A stretch of 64,000 nt of DNA from Raillietiella orientalis (Eukaryota), in assembly GCA_036172245.1 (NCBI GenBank), contig JAYWIR010000003.1:6138001-6202000 (forward strand). Direction: 5' to 3'. The notes below the pieces were generated by a model. The model searched no databases. It was not told where the DNA came from and was given only the letters and a program-made list of their open reading frames with translations. Position numbers and translations under genes: made by a program. How positions within the stretch are numbered: position 1 is the first letter of the stretch; each line of letters opens with the position of its first letter. Below, one piece after another: positions 51,401 through 62,680 of the stretch.

Positions 51401-54400
51401 TGCAACACGCAGAATTCAGTAAAATTCTTCATGTTATCGATTCCTTGCAGTTCTTGATTTCTTTATACTTTGGAATTTTATGATTGTTCTTAAAGTATTC
51501 AAATGACTGCAGTACTCTGTTTTTGTAGGATTGAACGGTTTGGAACAAGAACACAGTATAAGAAAACCAAGTCGCGTATTTTGGTTTAAGGGCTCAGTAT
51601 ATAATTGTATTTTTTTTTTTTTTTTTTTTTTAAAGGGGGAAAGTCATTTATTGGAAATTATGGAATCCATATTAACTCCAACTGAGCTAATGCTGAGTCT
51701 TTCCTGATTTAGTTAGCAGTTTTTCTCAATAGTACTTTTAGTTTCTAATAAGATAAAAAAATAAATGCTAAAAGAAAACATAGATGGACACAATACATTA
51801 CTATTCCTCAAGTTCTTGGTCGCAAACTTCCAGGAAAAGCCTCAAGAAAAAAATGAGTATGAAACTCGTCTGATACGGTCTGGCAGAAAAGAGTCTTTTA
51901 ATCTTGATGCTGACAAGAAGTGATTTTTATTGACCCGTTGGTTGTCTGCAGGAATGAGCACTTTGATCAGACTAGAACGTGTAAATAAAAAAGAGTGAAC
52001 GACAAGAAACTTTAAGGGAAATAAAGCAAGACTCTGGATAACCGTCTTGGCAAAGCAAACAGAGGAAGCAAATAGAGTCCAGCATCTCAGAGTGGATGTA
52101 GCAAACATGAAAATGTATACGGTCCATAAAGGCGAACGAAGAGAAAACGGTGGTCACATTTTGTTCCAGCAGCACCAAACAAATGGATCATCATGTGCAT
52201 AGAAATAAGAATAATCAAATGGTGAAACCATATTCATACGAAACTCAAAATGCATTTTCAATGTGCTATCATACGACTTCGTATTATTATACAAAGCGTA
52301 CATCAAGCATGATGGGAAACAGCTTAATGAAATGGTGCTTTAAACTGAAAACCGGTACCTGTAACAAAAGTTCTGCAGGTAAGTAAAAAATACTCACAAT
52401 CTTTATATTTTCAAAACATAAAGATCTTGTTGAACGGGATTTTCGAATTCTGAGCAGTACCCCCAGGAGGGGTAACCCTAATTGCAACCGGCTGATAGGG
52501 ACCAAATGACACATTGGGAGTTTGCCTAAATTTTTATCATAAGAAAAAAAAGCAGGAACGTTCTTGGAAGGTTTTCCAAGTAGATTTTTCTTCTTGGTTA
52601 ACTCCCTCTGATCACCGTCGAGTTCAATAAAGTTGAAACGTAAAAACAAAAACGAACAAACAAACCTACCAATAGAATTGCTAGACGCTAATCTGCTCAA
52701 TCCAAGTCACACGTCTTCAAATCATAGCAACAAAGTTCATTAATTACCTGAATCCTATATATTTCTTCTCGATCATCATTAGGACATCAACGAATACTGA
52801 CCTCCGAAAAATTAGCCATCTTTCCGAATAATAGGAGCAGACAACTTTGTGTTACTTGAGATTCGAAATGTTTTATTTATAGTCGATCAGAATGTATAGC
52901 ATGCAAAGTTGGCTCACATTAGAAAGGAGAAATATAAATTTCTTCTCAAAATTCACTTCAGCTATTATGTAATGGAATATAAGTTTGGTTTCTTTTCTTT
53001 GTTCATTATCTTATGATTACTAACAAAGATGTCTCCAAGAACTTATTCACCTCACATGTACTAGTACTTAGAAGAGAACGAAAAGTTCAGAAGGAAACTG
53101 CTCGTTAGAGTATCTCATGACCTCTGTCAATGGCTTCTGTTTGTGCTGAGAGCAAAGAAGACATATGCAGTTCTGAATATGTGTCAACACGTCTACATCA
53201 AGAAATACATCGAAATCGAATGTTGGATTCCGACAGAGGAAGTACCAGCAGTGCAAGCTTCACTTATGAAAGCATTTGTCAGTAGTAATTAACATGGATA
53301 ACATCAACTGATTTTGCAGAAAGAAAGTGAAACGACGTCGATGCCGGTCTTGCTGAAAATGCAGACCAACAAAGCCCCTCCCACATTTATTCGCAGCAGT
53401 AAGTTTACAAAAGCATACGTTGAACTTATCCACATGTACGGTGTGGCGTCATATCAAGAGATCCATCCAGGTCGGATTAACTAATCGCAGAACTTAATGT
53501 TTCAAGGGATTCAGCAACCGTTACCAGCATCACATTTCCTTTTCTGTTTGCCCTTATGTTCGGAGATGTTGGTCACGGCATAATTCTGCTAATTGTCGCA
53601 TCATATCTCATAGTACACGGAAAACATACAGGGTGGATTTACAAATCAGAAGTATATGCAACATTTGTGACCATTTAAAACACCAGCTTATTAGATTGGA
53701 AGTTGGTGCTTGACTGGACGCTACATGTTACTGTTGATGAGCCTATTCTCGATTTATTGTGGGTTGATATACAATGAATTCTTCTCCAAAGCTATAACAT
53801 TTTTTCCTACAGCATGGAAAAGCTACTTATCGTATGTATGTATGAATTTATTACATAATATGGAATCCTTTCAGTGCTGCGGAGATCATGAAAAACCACA
53901 TCATCGAGCTTGATCCTGTTACTGATTTTAATGATTCCCTAACATACCCCTTCGGAATGGACCCGATCTGGGGTTTTGCACTTAACTCAATCCAGCATTC
54001 CAACTCTTTTAAAATGAAGATAGCATTTATATTTGGTTTTCTGCACATGGCTCTGGGATTATCAATCAATTTCTTTAACTGTTTACATTTTAAAGAGCAC
54101 ATACGTATAATGGCTCAATTTTTCCCTTGTGTGCTTTTTTTCTGCTGTATGTTTGCCTATCTCGTTCTTATCATCATTATCAAGTGGATCAGTTACTCTG
54201 GACACATAATAGATAAGAACAGAGGAAGCCAATGTGCACCTTCTCTGCTTCTCACTTACATCAATATGCTGCTATTTAAAAAAGAATCGAATCCTTGTGG
54301 ACCTATGTTTGGAGCACAACAACAAATTCAGTACACAATTGTGATCTTGGCAATCATATCTGTTCCATGGATGATGTTCGCAGATTTGTTCTGGGCCATG

Positions 54401-54865
54401 GCAAATAGGAAAACGATCAACACAGAGTCTGTTATGCAAAATGTTATTACTGCCATAGAATTCAGTCTTGGCTGCATCTCTCATGCAGCTTCATACCTCC
54501 GTTTATGGGCTCTGTCCTTGGCTCATGCTGAAATGAGTGATGTAATATGGGTCATGATAATGAGGCCGGCTTTGCAAACACCTGGTTTCACAGGATCCAT
54601 CATGACATTTGTGGTATTTGCTTGCTGGGCTTTGCTGACCGCTGGCATGCTAGTTTGCCTTGAAGGTCTTTCAGCCTTCCTGCATACATTGCGTTTACAC
54701 TGGTAAACTACATTACTCAAAGATACTTGTGCACATCTGTGTTTCAGGGTAGAATTCCAAAGTAAATTTTACAGAGGACGAGGAACCAAGTTTCAACCAT
54801 TTACGTTTGATAACCTGGAATCAGCATGCTACCCAGATGGAGCTACAACTGCACATAAGCACTAG
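34143..54865 (+). CDS. ATP6V0A: V-type proton ATPase V0 subunit a (116 kDa; Vph1/Stv1/Vha100 family), divergent paralogue; 12 coding exons, 806 aa
   Basis: Manually joined exons 34143-34259, 35457-35639, 44312-44440, 48077-48177, 48993-49116, 49162-49344, 53065-53277, 53320-53470, 53515-53651, 53695-53831, 53875-54702, 54748-54865 (2421 nt). All introns are GT-AG with consistent phases. Family motifs: [66 protein letters not shown] (essential Arg), [23 protein letters not shown]. Confidence 0.95.
35457..35639 (+). CDS. ATP6V0A: V-ATPase subunit a coding exon 2
   Basis: ttgcag acceptor, GTGAGT donor; [29 protein letters not shown]...PSFLEGLA aligns with family LN..V..FQRKFV.EVRRC.EMERKLR.L. 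Confidence 0.88.
44312..44440 (+). CDS. ATP6V0A: V-ATPase subunit a coding exon 3
   Basis: cttag acceptor, AG|GTATAT donor, 43 codons in phase 0; [43 protein letters not shown] fits the N-terminal coiled-coil segment. Confidence 0.8.
47130..47272 (+). mobile_element. AT-rich decayed LINE ORF2 C-terminal fragment in intron 3
   Basis: KLR....GIE....[15 protein letters not shown] resembles the L.IE.....ER.C....E.E.H....C tail of non-LTR ORF2. Confidence 0.3.
48077..48177 (+). CDS. ATP6V0A: V-ATPase subunit a coding exon 4 (variable linker)
   Basis: tttttgccag acceptor, AG|GTCAGT donor; stop-free acidic linker [33 protein letters not shown]. It supplies the phase 0 to phase 2 change needed to reach exon 5. 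Poorly conserved region, so less certain. Confidence 0.65.
48993..49116 (+). CDS. ATP6V0A: V-ATPase subunit a coding exon 5
   Basis: [28 protein letters not shown], hallmark FERMLWR..RGN motif; ccatag acceptor, GTACGA donor. Confidence 0.9.
49162..49344 (+). CDS. ATP6V0A: V-ATPase subunit a coding exon 6
   Basis: [33 protein letters not shown] corresponds to family KSVF.....G......V.KICEGF.A..Y..P; atccag acceptor, GTGAGT donor. Confidence 0.88.
49779..49876 (+). pseudogene. Degenerate direct duplicate of part of V-ATPase a exon 6 inside intron 6
   Basis: aagacaaacgtctctcaagg...gcacatacgagttgcctaaatcgttctcc resembles 49196-49292 (translates ..[12 protein letters not shown] vs [12 protein letters not shown]); contains indels and has no matching splice sites. 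Confidence 0.75.
53065..53277 (+). CDS. ATP6V0A: V-ATPase subunit a coding exon 7
   Basis: W...V...K..Y..LNMC......IE.ECWIP pattern; 71 codons; ctag acceptor, GTCAGT donor. Confidence 0.88.
53320..53470 (+). CDS. ATP6V0A: V-ATPase subunit a coding exon 8
   Basis: [17 protein letters not shown]...[11 protein letters not shown]; flanked by 42- and 44-nt GT-AG introns. Confidence 0.92.
53515..53651 (+). CDS. ATP6V0A: V-ATPase subunit a coding exon 9
   Basis: [21 protein letters not shown], first transmembrane helices. Confidence 0.93.
53695..53831 (+). CDS. ATP6V0A: V-ATPase subunit a coding exon 10
   Basis: [25 protein letters not shown] motif; 43-nt introns on both sides. Confidence 0.93.
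53875..54702 (+). CDS. ATP6V0A: V-ATPase subunit a coding exon 11 (membrane domain)
   Basis: [51 protein letters not shown]; donor TG|GTAAAC. Confidence 0.96.
54748..54865 (+). CDS. ATP6V0A: V-ATPase subunit a coding exon 12 (terminal)
   Basis: gtttcag acceptor; (W)[20 protein letters not shown]...; TAG at 54863-54865. Confidence 0.93.
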
Positions 54866-55712
54866 AATTTATTGTTACTGGGTCTGCCCATAATCCATAG
54901 CAGAGGATTCGTTGTTTCCACATGGACAGAACTGCACTCCTCTTCATACTTGTTTGATGTGCTGATACAGTGACCATAAGACAGCTCATGGTTATCTGTG
55001 CTGTTCTGTAGCTCAACTTCCTTTCAGTTGTTACTTACTTAGATTCCATCGAAGTCCTGTAGTGCTGACTTTCTGACATTTCTCCCCTATTGGAACAAGA
55101 CCACAGTGTTCCTGCAGCCAAGACTGAGGGATATGAATAACATGCTTTCCTGGCCAAAGGATCCATGAAATGGCTTCAGGACTATAAAGAAAAACAGACT
55201 CCATGTTTAGACACTTTGATGCCTTGAACAAGACATGGATATTGCCAAATAAATGGTCCAGACGACCTGAAGCTGAGTCAAATACTAGGATATGTTCCAC
55301 TGAAGACTGTGGATTGCAAGTAGTTTGACCATGAACTATCTTCAAAGCTTTGAAAAAGTCTGTTTCATCTTGATCTGGAGTGACCACGATCTGACAGTCA
55401 TGCATACAAAAGTGCTTGAGCACATCAGGAGAGACAGAATCAAAATCTCCAGAAACAATGTGTGGATTAGCCAAACCTAATGACTCTCGCACATGAAGAA
55501 ACTCATTGCATCCACCATCTACACATACACGGATATGGGCTGAAGCAAAAGGAGATGTGAGGAAATAAATTTCAGCACAACTTACCATGATTCCAAAGCT
55601 CAGCTGCTGTTGTGTTCATTTTGAATGTGTTTAACAAAATTGCACACATTTTTGTTGAATCATTTTCTGTATCCAACACAGATGCAGGGAACCACAGTTT
55701 CTCAAATGTCAT
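54862..55712 (-). CDS. TPK1: Thiamine pyrophosphokinase 1; 3 coding exons (55712-55586, 55539-55039, 54995-54862), 253 aa
   Basis: Motifs ILLN, ELWN.A.IRVCVDGG.N, GDFDS, PDQDETDF.KAL, GRLDHLFGNI, CGLVPIG, TTGLRWNL, ISTSN, VETTNPLLW.M. Two introns (46 and 43 nt) with GTAAGT donors and CAG acceptors, frame-consistent. Confidence 0.95.
54868..54873 (-). terminator. Candidate polyadenylation signal AATAAA embedded in the last codons of TPK1
   Basis: The minus strand reads aac AAT AAA ttc TAG. Confidence 0.45.
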
Positions 55713-57534
55713 GTTTCCACGGCTACAATTCGTAGGAGAGGCAAAAATAAAATGTTAATAAATCTAAAGTATAGACCAAGTTGTTGTTGCTCATGGTATA
55801 CACAGTACACTGGCAAGAATGTGCAGTACTCATATGATGGTCATATGCTGGTGGTCTATCTGTTTGATATGAATGTTAGAAAATGGTCATATTATGAAAC
55901 ACATCAATACAGCTGTGCAGTATTCCATATGCTGTGCAAGTCTCTCATGAATTCCAAATACCTTGTAGCTCAGGAAAACAAAACAAAACAAAACGAAACA
56001 CGAAAACTGTAACTGCTAATGGACAACTAATTTGGTTGTGAATGTATCTGAAAAATGTTTCAATCTGAGTAAAAGTCTAAACATCATCTATTCCAAATCT
56101 GTACAGAACAAATATTGAAAACAGACCTTTGGGAAACATATCCATGTCAAATACACGAGCCCATGTAAACATTTTACGAAATTGCAAACTAACACGAAGA
56201 TTACTAATCTCTACATGTACAAAACTAGAAACAGCTTTTTCGTAACAGATAGGCCATCAAGGGCTGAAATACTAAAACCTTATTTGCAATCATCTGCTGC
56301 TGGACCCGGCACAAATCACAACCAATACCTTGCATAGTACGGCAAGTGACTTACAAGAAGTACATTGCAACTTAGCACTACCTCTCATGTCCATTGTTTA
56401 CAGAATAAACAATCATGCATGTTTTCATCAACTGAAAAACTCTTTCTCGATAATAGACCAGCTGAACACGCCAATAAATGTCTTTCGAATTAAGATGGCC
56501 ACATATTGTCTTATTGCTTAAATAAACAATGGGTTACTGGTTAGTCCATGTAATACTGCTGCTATGCTTTAAACACATTCGGATTTTAAAACTTGATGAA
56601 TGTTGTCATCTATTGTAACGAAAAAAAATTGACAACGCTTTCAAATACTCTGGTAAATTTTTATTAGAAAAAATGGTTTAAGCTCTGTGCTTGTTTAGTG
56701 AACAGATTATTCTGATGAATGAAACTGACAAAACTCCACTACAAGATCAACACTCTCACGAGGTTACACACTAGGGAGGAATTCAAATCTTGAAATTTCC
56801 TCACGAAAGTTCACTGCATTAAAGCCATAACTTAAATTGGATCTGGATTTGGTGATTTCCCTGATTATGTTGTTTATATGACAACGGGGGAAAATCCACT
56901 TCTCCACACTCGCAGCAACATGGAATTCCACCGACTTCGCTTTACGGATCACGCGTTTCCCACGCTTGACCGTTTTGTTTTTGTTTAGAAGGGAAGGAAA
57001 AATGCTTAAAACAAAGCAATCTGTTGTGAAAACTTTTTGCACACTGTGAGTAAAATACAATTTATGCTATTCAGGGCCCTTTTTTCTAAGAGTGGTTTTG
57101 CGAACGTTTTCCTCATTGCTATTATGTAAAGTGCTTCTGTGAACAAAAATAGCGATGTTCCCCTCTTTTTGCTTCATACTTTTTCTTCTTTACGTTCTCA
57201 AATTTTTTTTCCTTTCTGACTAAAAGTGTCCACTGGTTTCCTTAAACACTGCCAAACTCAATGCTCTCCTACAGAACGGGACGACTAAAGGTGTTAAGAT
57301 GTTAGTGACATGAAGCTCTCATTTTGTTGTGCATATCAAAAGTTTTAAAATCAATCTACGTTTAACTGGGTCCGACCGTTATGAGACAATCTCGTCAAAT
57401 TGCTTTTGTACAGTACAAGAGACTTTCACGGTAAGTACGGATACTTCAGGATTGCTCCAGAACCTCATTAACACTGATATGAAATTTCATCATGGAACTG
57501 AGCTGCTATCTAAGGTCGATAAAACTTGGGTGAC

Positions 57535-58057
57535 ATGGAGCACATAGAAGTCTTCCTATGTGAATCCGTCAATTCATATCTTTAGACGCCTTCCAATTTT
57601 AGATATTTGGGAAATATCTGCGCACACAGTTTCAACAGTCTACGGATGCAGGTGTACGTAATTTTCATCATCTCGTGAACTAGAGAACAATTTCCTCAGG
57701 AATGTGACGACTTTTACGGGTATATTACAGCAAGTGTTGCAACGATGGTATCTTCTAGCGGATTTGGTACTACTTCTGAATGGAATTCCTTCTACTGCTA
57801 TAGACTTTGAGGGGACTCGTGTGAGAGGTGACGAGTGCTCTTGGGCGCCACAGCAGCAGCCAGAAGGGAGCGGAGCGGGCAGGAAGCGTCCGAGAAAAAT
57901 GAGTCCAGAGATTACCGGAAGACGAAACGCGGTAGAAATAAAAGTAAATAAAAAAAAACAAACAAACTCACGGAGGCTTATTTCAGCCTCCAATGTTTCG
58001 TTTCACCATTCAGCAGAAATTCAATCTCCGAATTCGTATGATGAATTATTGTTTTGA
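57535..58057 (+). CDS. Hypothetical small spliced orphan ORF (exons 57535-57559, 57603-57651, 57700-58057; 143 aa)
   Basis: Two GT-AG segments of 43 and 48 nt (close to the genome's minimal intron size) join into one open frame from gacATGg; contains RKRPRK. Donors are weak (GTGAAT, GTGTAC) and no homology is recognised. Confidence 0.25.
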
Positions 58058-60372
58058 TGGCTGCCTCCGTCATTAAGTAATTCCAACGCGAATATTATTT
58101 CCAAACACCTTTTTGATCACTATGTGCTTGAAGGTAAGGAAGCTCTTCTTCTTCGAATTTGCAAGGAACAATTTAAAAATGCTGCTCGACACTTTCATTT
58201 GTTTTTACGTTTTCGTGTTAGAATGGGAAGTTCCTGAAACGAATCGTGTTTCGTGTCTGACTGACTTAAGGGCCTCCCCCAGATCTGAAATTCGGAAACT
58301 TCCACTTGGGCACGTGTTCCAGTAAGCTGAACCATCTGTAACCTACGAAACTTTGCAAGGCAGGCAAGGATTACATTTCTGCTCCAATCAATCAGTTCCT
58401 ACAACACTCGCGCACGGTGACACTGCTTTTGACAAATCATTGCATGGCTCCGCTTAATCATCCTAGAACAAGACCTGGAGTTTTTTTTTCTTTTTTTTGC
58501 AAAGGAGTAACGTATTTCACTTCAGGAAACCGCTGAGCATAAAGACATGTATAAGGAGAGGAGGAAGATTGCAATGTTTCACATAGTGATCAGCGCTTAT
58601 AGAAGCTAAAAGTAAGCGCCTTGTTTTCGTAGGTGAATCATGATTGCCAAGTGTTGTAACTGTTTGTCATGCATTTGGTGAAAAAAAAGCGTGAAAAGCA
58701 CGAATGCTTTTCCAAAATTTCCGTCATTGAGATCAATTCATGCATGCATTCATGCTAGCTGCAATGTTTCGTACGCTTAGTACTTGGAACATGCTTGCCA
58801 GCAGCATTGGGTCGTGGTTATCGTCGGAAGGCAAACACTTTTGAACAAAAGCAATTTTCAGGTAATAATTGCTACGCGCAATAATCTGATTTCGAGCATT
58901 TAAACGTTACGTCAGGCATTGTACTTCACACTTACACATTATGTTTCATAATTGAATAGCATTGCATTGCATATTAGTTAGTTTTAAGAATGGCGCATAT
59001 CGATTATTGGTAAATTTTTGCAACATATAGCGCAAACATGCCTCATAAAACGTTTGTCGTTTTCATGGAATACAGAAGATATTTTGTAAAAGCGATACAT
59101 ATGCTGGAGGAAAACATGAAAACTCAGAAACACATATGTTCACAAGAGAATATTCAGTTTCTCCTGCTGAAACGAGCAGAAATTTCGATACGAGATATTT
59201 CGATGTGTAAAAAATTATGTGCAATTTTCCTTAGGCAACATCTTTTTTTGTTTCTAATTCTTCTGTTCGAAACGTAGTGGATATTTTGAAAGTAAAAACG
59301 TGACTTAACTGATATCCGCTAACTAATTTGAAGCTCATGGGACTCCTACACTAGCTTTCTTCCCACACTTCCTGAAGACTTTCTCAAAAGAGTCAAAACG
59401 AGAACAAGAAAGAAAAAGAGTCAATTTGCAAATGAAGGCTCGTGTGTCTGTCCGCCAACCTTTGTATCTCCAAAGGGCGAAAATTTCGGAAAAAAATGTG
59501 TGCACAGGCGTTTATGGAGTAAGCAAAAGATGTATGCATGTGCGTCTCTTTAAGATCCATGCTCGAATAGCACGCCGTGAACTTTGTCCATGTCCTCATA
59601 AAATGACGCAGAAGACTTGTACGCAAGAACTGACGTACGGACTCGGTGACGTAACGAAAGTTCGGTGAATTCAACTCATATGTTGGCGGCAAACACCTCG
59701 TTGAAGTTCATTTTGTGTACTTGGATTTTGACCGAGAACGAGGCGGCTACCGAAAGTCTCAGCATATAATTACCATACTCGTTCCAGGTTTTCCTCCCCT
59801 CCCCCCCCCTTTTCGCCCCCTTTTTCATTCCGACTGGAACTGATGCTGCATACCCTGAACATGCCAAAGAGAAAAAGTTCATAACGTACCTGCAGACTCG
59901 ACGAGCTCGAGGGAATTCGCTCTATCAGTAAAGACAGCAAGCAAACTGCATCCAGCTATTTAGAGACAAAAGCGGTCATTTATCCTGCCCGCGCACCGCA
60001 AATTTTGTGACTACCGATAAAATTAGCTACGACATTCACAAGGACTCCTCACTACCATTGGTGCTTGAGGCCTGGCTCGTCTCAATAGATAGGGTCGTTC
60101 GTTCACCTTTCCTGAGGGAAAGTTTTCACCTTGTTTGGCGGGGCGGGCCGTAAACTGTGTAGAATTTCTACACGCAGCGGGCAACCCTGCCAAATCAGCT
60201 GTTTGTTCGCGCGCGCTTTGCAACAATCGCTCGCAACAACGCGCTTCGGGCGAGCATAATCCACATGTACGCATATGTAATTTACTTGTAATGGAGAATC
60301 GACACACGGGCTATAAATGAAAGCACAAGAGTGATTCCAGCTTTGATTCAGCTTTTGGGTGCCTCATGACGA

Positions 60373-60393
60373 GTGTGTGTGTGTGTGTGTGTG
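60373..60393. repeat. (GT)n microsatellite followed by poly-T
   Basis: gtgtgtgtgtgtgtgtgtgtg. Confidence 0.9.
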
Positions 60394-62409
60394 TTTTTTT
60401 TTCCCCAATGTGTTTTGAAAAGCTTTGGCATCCGCTTTCGTTGCTCGTACGAAAATACACGTCAGCTTGCGGCAAGCTCCGGGAGGGGGAAGGAATGTGG
60501 CTGGCTGCGACTGAGTGAAGGGTTGCTTTCCATAGCCCGGGGCCGAGCACAGGTCGAGGGCCACCCCAAGGTACTGGGAAACTCCAGGGGGCGGACGCCC
60601 CTGCCCTTCGTTCGTTCCTGCTTCCGGCTACGTGCTCCTGCCGGCGGCGCGCGTTCCTGGAAACGCGACAGTCGGCTCACCCCTGGAGTCACCCATCCCG
60701 TCTTCCGGAATATTTCTAGGTTTTCTAAGAACCAACTCAGCAGGCGCATGGCGTGCCAAGGGGGGGGGGGGAGTGACGCGTGTTTTTTCCCGTGCATAAT
60801 GGTTCCTTGGACCCAGGTTCAGCGTCGGCATGGGACTATTCGTTCCAGGCTGGAACCTCGAGATTCGCGCCGACCCTGTTTTTCTTCTCTTTTCTTTTCT
60901 TGCAGCGCCTTGACACTTGCAGAGTTATTGTGTGACTTCCTCGGTGTGTGGGTGGTGTGTGGTTCTTGGTTAGCTTGCGGAGAGGGCTCGCCACTGCTGC
61001 ACATTGGGACTCGGAAATCGGCAATTCTGAATGCGCAGAGCTCTTTTTTTCCCTCTTCCTTTCTGGAAAACGATAAAAATTTCCTCCTTGGGGAAAATGA
61101 AGAAGAACTGGGAGAAGATGGAAGACACGAGAGCAAACTCTCTGGGCTCACCTCCTGCCGAGTCCACGGAATGTGTTAAAGATGATTTCCGTGCTTTCGT
61201 ACGCTATGCACATTCCGTACGCTGCGAGGGTTGCTTTTCGTATGTTCAATTGCTCTTGCATGCGTGTGCAAGAGTACACCGAGTTGACCAGCAGAAATCA
61301 CCCAAGCAGCACATTCTTCGGATGGCTCCCGCCTGCAAGAAACCTAGTGCATGTGCACTCTTTTTTTTCTCCTTTTTTTTTTTTACACATACACACACGG
61401 TACACCTCCGCGAATCTGCGTTCAGTTACGTAGAACCTTCGAAACTCAGTTATGGATCACCTGATCAAGGACACGCAAAGATCTGAAAAGGCGCGAGGCA
61501 CCTCCAAACCAAAAATGCTCTTAAGAGAACCTGGTTGCTCAGTTCCATCTATCCACAAACACCCTCGAACACACCGAAGGCTGCGTTAGCTGAGCGAAAA
61601 CCGAGTTCCAAGCATCTCTTTGGGCAGCTTTCGTCAGTTGGTTTCAAGAACGTACGACGCAATATCGGCTTCCTGCTTCTAATTCCTGTGTGACAGACGT
61701 GAATGAAACACTAATGGATATGCAAGCGAAAGTCTGCTTAAAGAAATCGATTAGCAAATCTCGATTCATTATCGACAGCAACGTCTAATGGACTTTGATA
61801 GTAATGCGGTGCGTTTATATCCGCCTCACCTGAGTCTAAAAATCCTTTATCCACCCATGAATGTCTTTGAGTGCACCGAAGGCCGCTTCCGATTGGTGGG
61901 TTTGAACCCGGTCAGGCAGGGACGTTTCTTAAAAAGCACAAACAAACCAGATATGCCGGGACGCAGCTCCCAAAGTGAGACAAAACGGAGTTCGTGGGGA
62001 AGGCTCACCGATACGCAGGTCGGTTGCTGAAGAAGTTCGGACGGAGAAGGAGGGGAAGGGAGAGTAAACAAATAAGGAAAGAGGAAGGGTAGGGACTTTG
62101 GCAGTAGCCGCTCCTTCCTTCTCAGAACTGGCGCAGAATGCTGGCGATCGCACGATTTCCTCTTCCAGGTGCTGCCAGCTCTCAGGGGTGAGCCCCCTCT
62201 GGTAGGCAGCTGCCACGCAGGTGGCCTCCCTTTGCCCCGCCCGAGACTCTGGCACATGGCGCGGGCTGCGACGATGGCGCGGATGCAACCACCCATCGAT
62301 GCAATCACGGCGCCTGCTGAACGCCCACCGCGTGCGGAAAATCGTTTCAGCAAGTCCTTGGCTGTGTCCTCCGTGTTCAGGACCGCCCCGATGCCGGCCT
62401 CCGCCACGG

Positions 62410-62500
62410 TCAATGGAGGGCACGGCAGTCCAAAAGCAGGTGAGGGAATGATTCCGCCGTCCCGCGCCTGGAAATCCCAGTGCAGGAACTGCACCACCTC
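62410..62500 (-). mobile_element. Non-LTR ORF2 C-terminal CCHC zinc-finger relic
   Basis: Minus frame 62493-62425 reads CSSC-x13-H-x4-C (CSSCTGISRRGTAESFPHLLLDC), then a stop and W. Confidence 0.5.
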
Positions 62501-62680
62501 GTTCGTCGACTCGGACGGGACCGCTGCAGCGTCCATACGCAAGGAGGGACAAAAAGGGACAACCTGTTCCTCATCCATTGGGTTTCCTTTTTTGTGGCTC
62601 GCTAGGGGCTGGAGAACCGCTCAGGAGGAGGTCTCGAAGCTCTCAAACATTGTTCACGCCGCCCGAGGGTGAGTGACAAT

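Noticed and set aside
51940..52385. Possible extra exon in intron 6 (tgcag acceptor, CAG|GTAAGT donor at ~52379)
   Set aside because: No frame stays open between the two sites, there is no similarity to subunit a, and exons 6 and 7 already join in frame.
55031..55588. TPK1 as the single ORF 55588-55031 given in the ORF track
   Set aside because: Its first residues (VSCAEIYFLTSPFAS) and its stop lie in introns; the spliced three-exon model restores the family N- and C-termini.
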